64,000 bases of DNA from Zygnema circumcarinatum SAG 698-1b (lineage: Eukaryota; Plantae; Zygnematophyceae), in NCBI GenBank assembly GCA_037447605.1, contig CM074804.1:3263909-3327908 (forward strand). Reading direction: 5' to 3'. The notes under the pieces were generated by a model that worked only from the letters and a program-made list of their open reading frames with translations, was not told where the DNA came from and did not search any database. Every line of letters begins with the position of its first letter. The first letter of the stretch is position 1. Shown in pieces: positions 59,691 to 64,000 of the stretch. The translations under genes and the position numbers were made by a program.

Positions 59691-60397
59691 CTGTAGTACT
59701 GTAGTCAATGCTTAATTCTCCCGACAGGCTTACGAAATTGATTTGGCGATGGTCAAGGTCTGACTCCCCCTAATGAAAGGGCCACTTACTGACAGGCCTC
59801 TTCAAATAGGGGATTTCGGCCTAAGATAGGGGAGATGAAGAGCTTTGGCAGGGGTGTACAAAGCTTTGATACAATTATTCTTTTTCTTAAGTTTTAGATG
59901 CAATTGGGTCTTGAATGAGTAACTACATGTTGACTGCCAAATACACAAGTGATCTGATTGATTGGTAAAAAATCCAATCAATAAAAGTCGAAGAGTTTGC
60001 ACCAATTTCTAAAGCCGTGTTGTTAAGCCACCAAGTAGAGTTCATGTACATGTGATGCCATAGCCATCGTGAGTGCAACGCCAATTCATTTTACGTTTTT
60101 TTAACCAGAAAAGGGCCTTTTTTAGGGCCTTTATTGAATGAAGGTAAAATCCCTTCAACTCATGTCAACATGTCCCATGAATAACCTATTTACGAGATTT
60201 AGGGGATATCCCCTATTTGACGCCTGCCCACTGACCGCTGTAAATCTCAGCCAATCCGTACAATACGTACGCAACTGCCGTACGATTTGTACGAAAAATG
60301 TGCGTACGGTCGCGAAGGCGACCAGGTACGCGCACGCACCACGTGGCGCGCAGCGCTCGCCTCCCTCCCTCGCACAGCTCTCCGCTCGCTCTCTCTC

Positions 60398-60431
<34 letters not shown>

Positions 60432-60517
60432 GCTCTCAAGCTTCTCTCTCTCCCCTCCTGCGGAGCCCCCTCGCAGGCAGGCAGGCAGGTGGGCAGGTGG
60501 GCAAGAAGGCAGGCGCC

Positions 60518-62388
60518 ATGCTGCTGATTCCGATGGGCGCGGTGCTGGCCTGCCAGACCGCGGTGGTGGCGCTGCTGGCGGTGCCCTTGGGGCCCGCGCG
60601 GCGCGGGGGCATGGCGCTGGCGGGCGCCGCCAAGTCACGGTACGGCCGCGTGGCGGCGCGCACAGTGGCGGTGTGTCTGGCGCTGCTGCTCGCCTCCTCC
60701 CTCTTCTCCGTGCAGCGCCTGCAGGCCCGCCTCTCCCTCCCCTCCGCCATGGGGGGCACATCCGCCGGCCTCGTGGACAAGGTGGAGCTTCTGGAGGACG
60801 CCATGGAGGCGCTTCTCATAGGTGAGAGGCTGTTTTTACTCTCTTATTTATTTAAGTTTAGGTGGTTAGCTTTGTGGAATGGGAATTTGCATAGAGGTGT
60901 GGTGTAGGGAGGTGGAGCAGGAGGGATGTTGTGTGGTATTGGGGGAGGGTAGAGGAGAGAGGAAGCTGGATGGATTGTTGGATTGGATGTTGCGCGCGTG
61001 CGCGCGCGAGAGAGAGAGAGAGACGTGTGAATGCTGTATTAAAAGTTTCCTTTAGGGATTTCAGGAGAATTGTTTCCAAGTTCTTAAGAGTAGACATGAG
61101 ACAGTTTTCCGTTCCCTTACGATACACATTCACTTCAATGCTGTACTTGCCGGAGTGTCTAATGAAGATTTCAACGAGCATGATCATCAGCAGAGTAGGC
61201 TGTCACAACTCATTTAGAAATAGTCGCACCTTAATATTATCTTGCAGTCAATAGCTCGTTGGCTCGCTCTTGCCCTGCAGATATTTCATTGGATTAGGAT
61301 CTTTTATGTTGCTCGATAAATCTCAAGCTGCTATCTCAGTAGTTTTTCTAAACTCTTAACTCGAAAAGCTTATCCGTCCACTATTTCATGGAGATCGAAG
61401 TTGTGAGGAACGTAGCACTAGGGTTCATTAAATTTCTATTTAGTTCCTGCTCTCTCAAGTTTAAGCTTATGTCGCAATGAGATTAGTTCAGTCTTAAACG
61501 GCAAGGCTTTCCCCCTTTGAAGAGCAACTGCTTGTGTTGATTGACAAGGTAACTTCATTGAGCGACTTAATAAAATTTTGCATTAGACGTACGAGTCCCT
61601 TTCCAAGCATCAGTGAGTACTTGAAGGAAACTGTTGCTGTTCACTGTCGAGTTCAACGTTGAAGGCCATTTAAGGACTTCGTTTTTCATGGATGTTTGTT
61701 TTTTTCGGCCCCTTCATTTAGCCAAACAGCAGGTCTCCTTTCGCTGATTCCTATGCTGGACCTGCTCTTTTCTCGGCTCGGCCGCCAGGTTTCAGCTTAT
61801 TACTAGGGATACTCATTGGTCGCCTCCATCATGAAATGAAGAATGGCGACTCTCTGAAGGTGAATCTGGAGATGCTGAAGAAGCAAGCTAAGGGAATGGA
61901 GACGGAATATTTGCGCCTGACAAAAGAGCGTTCAGGCCAACCGAAAGATGATGAAACGGATCCGCAGTTAGAGAGGGAGAAGGCGCTGAAGGCAACTATT
62001 ACAGATCTAAGGTCGGCCTTTGAAAATGTGAAGGTGGGTGAATCCTGACGACTCGACTGCATGCATATGTGCCTTGCAGCGTAGATCCCTTTCTTCACTT
62101 TTCTGAGGCATTTTCACTCAGGTCTATTGACAACCTTCGAATGGTCAGCTCAAACGTCTTTGTGCTCGTTCTGAAACTTTGGACATTTTTTTATTCAAAC
62201 AGGCGGAGGTGGAAGTGAAAGCGAAGGACTTGAAGCAGGCGGAAGCGAGTGTGGCTGCGCTGAAGAAGCAGACCCATGGTCTGCAGTTGGAGTATGACCG
62301 CTTGCTCGATGACAACAGTGGTCTCAGAGCACAGCTCTCCATTCTCAGCCGGGAATACTCCAGTTCAGATGATAAGAAAATGCATTAA
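60518..62388 (+). CDS. BAP31: B-cell receptor-associated protein 31-like ER membrane protein (exons 60518-60821, 61789-62033, 62203-62388)
   Basis: Three N-terminal TM helices, EALLIG|FSLLLGILIGRLHH, the coiled coil LKKQTHGLQLEYDRLLDDN, and a C-terminal KKMH* ER-retrieval motif. Confidence 0.9.
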
Positions 62389-62689
62389 GAGGAGTTTCAG
62401 AAAAGAGAAAGACCGTGATAGGAAGCAGAAGGAGTAGGTTTGGCGCCTTTTCATATGAGGGGTTGGAGCTGACGGTTTTCTTTGACCGAGGCTGCGCCTG
62501 CTTGTTTGGTTTAGAATGTACGTGAATGGTAGTTGTTCATAAGGTAGATGGTTAACTCTCTTTTTTTTTATTTGAGATTTGAGTTCTATTTTCAAGCCTG
62601 CATGTTTTTATCCATGTAGTTTGTTGACGAGGCTATCATCGTTTGCATTTGATCATTCGATGATTCTTCATACAGAGCAGGAGTGCGTT

Positions 62690-63963
62690 TCAGGGTCTTT
62701 GCGAGCTCTTCTTCTCGAGAGCTATGGCTGTTTGGTACGGAGGGGCGATCGGCGGCTGCACTGGCGGCAGCCTCCGGTACCTCTCCTCGACCTCCCCTCT
62801 GCCTCTCTCGGGAAGGTGGAGCGGATACGATTGGTCCGCGTCATATCCGCTCAAATCTCCGCACGCCAAAAAGGGGATGAGCGCACGGTGCGGCCCGTCG
62901 AAGCCTGCACTGCAGCAGTCTGCAACAGCAGCACAGAGGGGGCGTTTGAAAACATGGACACGCTCTGCACGAGCTCTTTGTTCCTTTCTTTTGGAAAATT
63001 TCTTTTCCACAAGTCGGTTTCAATTGGAGCATGCTCCATCGCTTATGCGAACTGAAATAGGAAAACGGGGAGACGGAGCTGACCGAGATCGGGGGAGGCG
63101 GCGGAGGTTTGCGCGAGCAGAGTCTGCAGCAGAGAAGGGTCGAATCCGTCGGGCGGCCGATAGCCCTCACACACTACGAAGGCCTCTGAGCAAAGGAGGC
63201 ATTCTCACACTCATTTTCAGCACTTGCATGGTGTCAGGCAGATGCCTCTTCCTCTCTCTCCTTCTCCCTCACCCCCTCTCTTTTTCTCCCCCTCAATACG
63301 GAGAGGTAGAGGTGAAACACAACATGAGTGTGTAAAGCACGGACGCTCTTACAAGGGAATTCACACTGAAACAGGAAAAGTTACTTTCAGTGGTGAGCGG
63401 ATGAGGGAGAGATATTCGAAAGACAATAGAGAGTGGGTCGGAAAGATGCGCTCACCAATACTGGAATTGCGGCTGCTCTTTGGCTTTGCGCAAGTGACTT
63501 GCGGGAAAAACATTTTGAGCTGCCCGACACATGCAACGTCGACAGAGAAGCAGGCTTCATGGTGAATGTCCACCTTTAACTTTCTTTTGCCTATATCTTT
63601 TGCATTTTCCCTTTGCAAATGCAAAATGCAAGTTGGGTTATTGGAGCTACGAGTGTTCTCACCTGGGAATACAGCAAGCTTATGTCTTTTCCGCGGAAAA
63701 CTTTGGCTACAAAGGTGCCTCCGGGGCGTAAAATGTGCGTCACGATAGTCAATGCCTGCACAACGGGGCCTCTGCCAGAGCGTTAAAATTTGCTCAACTG
63801 GCCCTTCTTTTTCAACGACAACTGTCCTTCGCATCGCTAAGCAGAGAGGAGAGGAGAGGAGAGGAGAGAGGCGAGAAAACTGGATGGTAGAAATAAGAAA
63901 GAGCGTTTACCGCAAGAATGAGCTGTGACTGCACAAACTCATCCATGTCATGAAGACCTGTCA
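62690..63963 (-). CDS. TRM7: tRNA (cytidine32/guanosine34-2'-O)-methyltransferase, FtsJ family; last five exons, 5' end outside the window
   Basis: Spliced VTGLHDMDEFVQSQLILA|ALTIVTHILRPGGTFVAKVFRGKDISLLYSQ|LKMFFPQVTCAKPKSSRNSSI|EAFVVCEGYRPP...IPFLACGDLSGYD...PVQPPIAPPY. Confidence 0.93.
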
Positions 63964-64000
63964 CTGCGGCCGAAGAAAAACAGTAATTAGAAAAGCAGGT

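Overview
Intron-rich eukaryotic nuclear DNA with GT-AG introns and plant-like genes. It is most likely from a streptophyte alga such as a zygnematophyte; this is inferred from gene content and is not proven. All gene models were rebuilt by hand across introns. In order, the window holds: the 3' part of separase (+); a plastid-type SAM methyltransferase (+); a CLC anion/H+ exchanger (-); a Popeye/cNMP-binding membrane protein (+); a (TTCAGAG)n satellite; an NXPE/PC-esterase-like secreted protein whose catalytic Ser is replaced (+); a stand-alone MSH1-type GIY-YIG nuclease with an organellar-type N-terminus (-); the 3' part of an F-box SKIP5-like gene cut by an N gap (-); a modular secreted protein gene spanning about 15.6 kb (-); BAP31 (+); and the 3' part of TRM7/FTSJ1 (-). 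The modular gene encodes signal peptide - hevein - Ser/Pro linker - 2x ricin-B - papain - 2x EGF - 3(4)x LysM. One of its introns holds a tandem, three-LTR, RT-less Ty1/copia element with a single 5-bp target-site duplication (TSD). There are also TA-flanked MITEs, one nested in inverted orientation, and a short dispersed hairpin repeat. The strongest novelty candidates are the multi-lectin papain (a putative chitin/glycan-targeted defence protease), the free MSH1-like GIY-YIG gene and the Popeye-domain gene.
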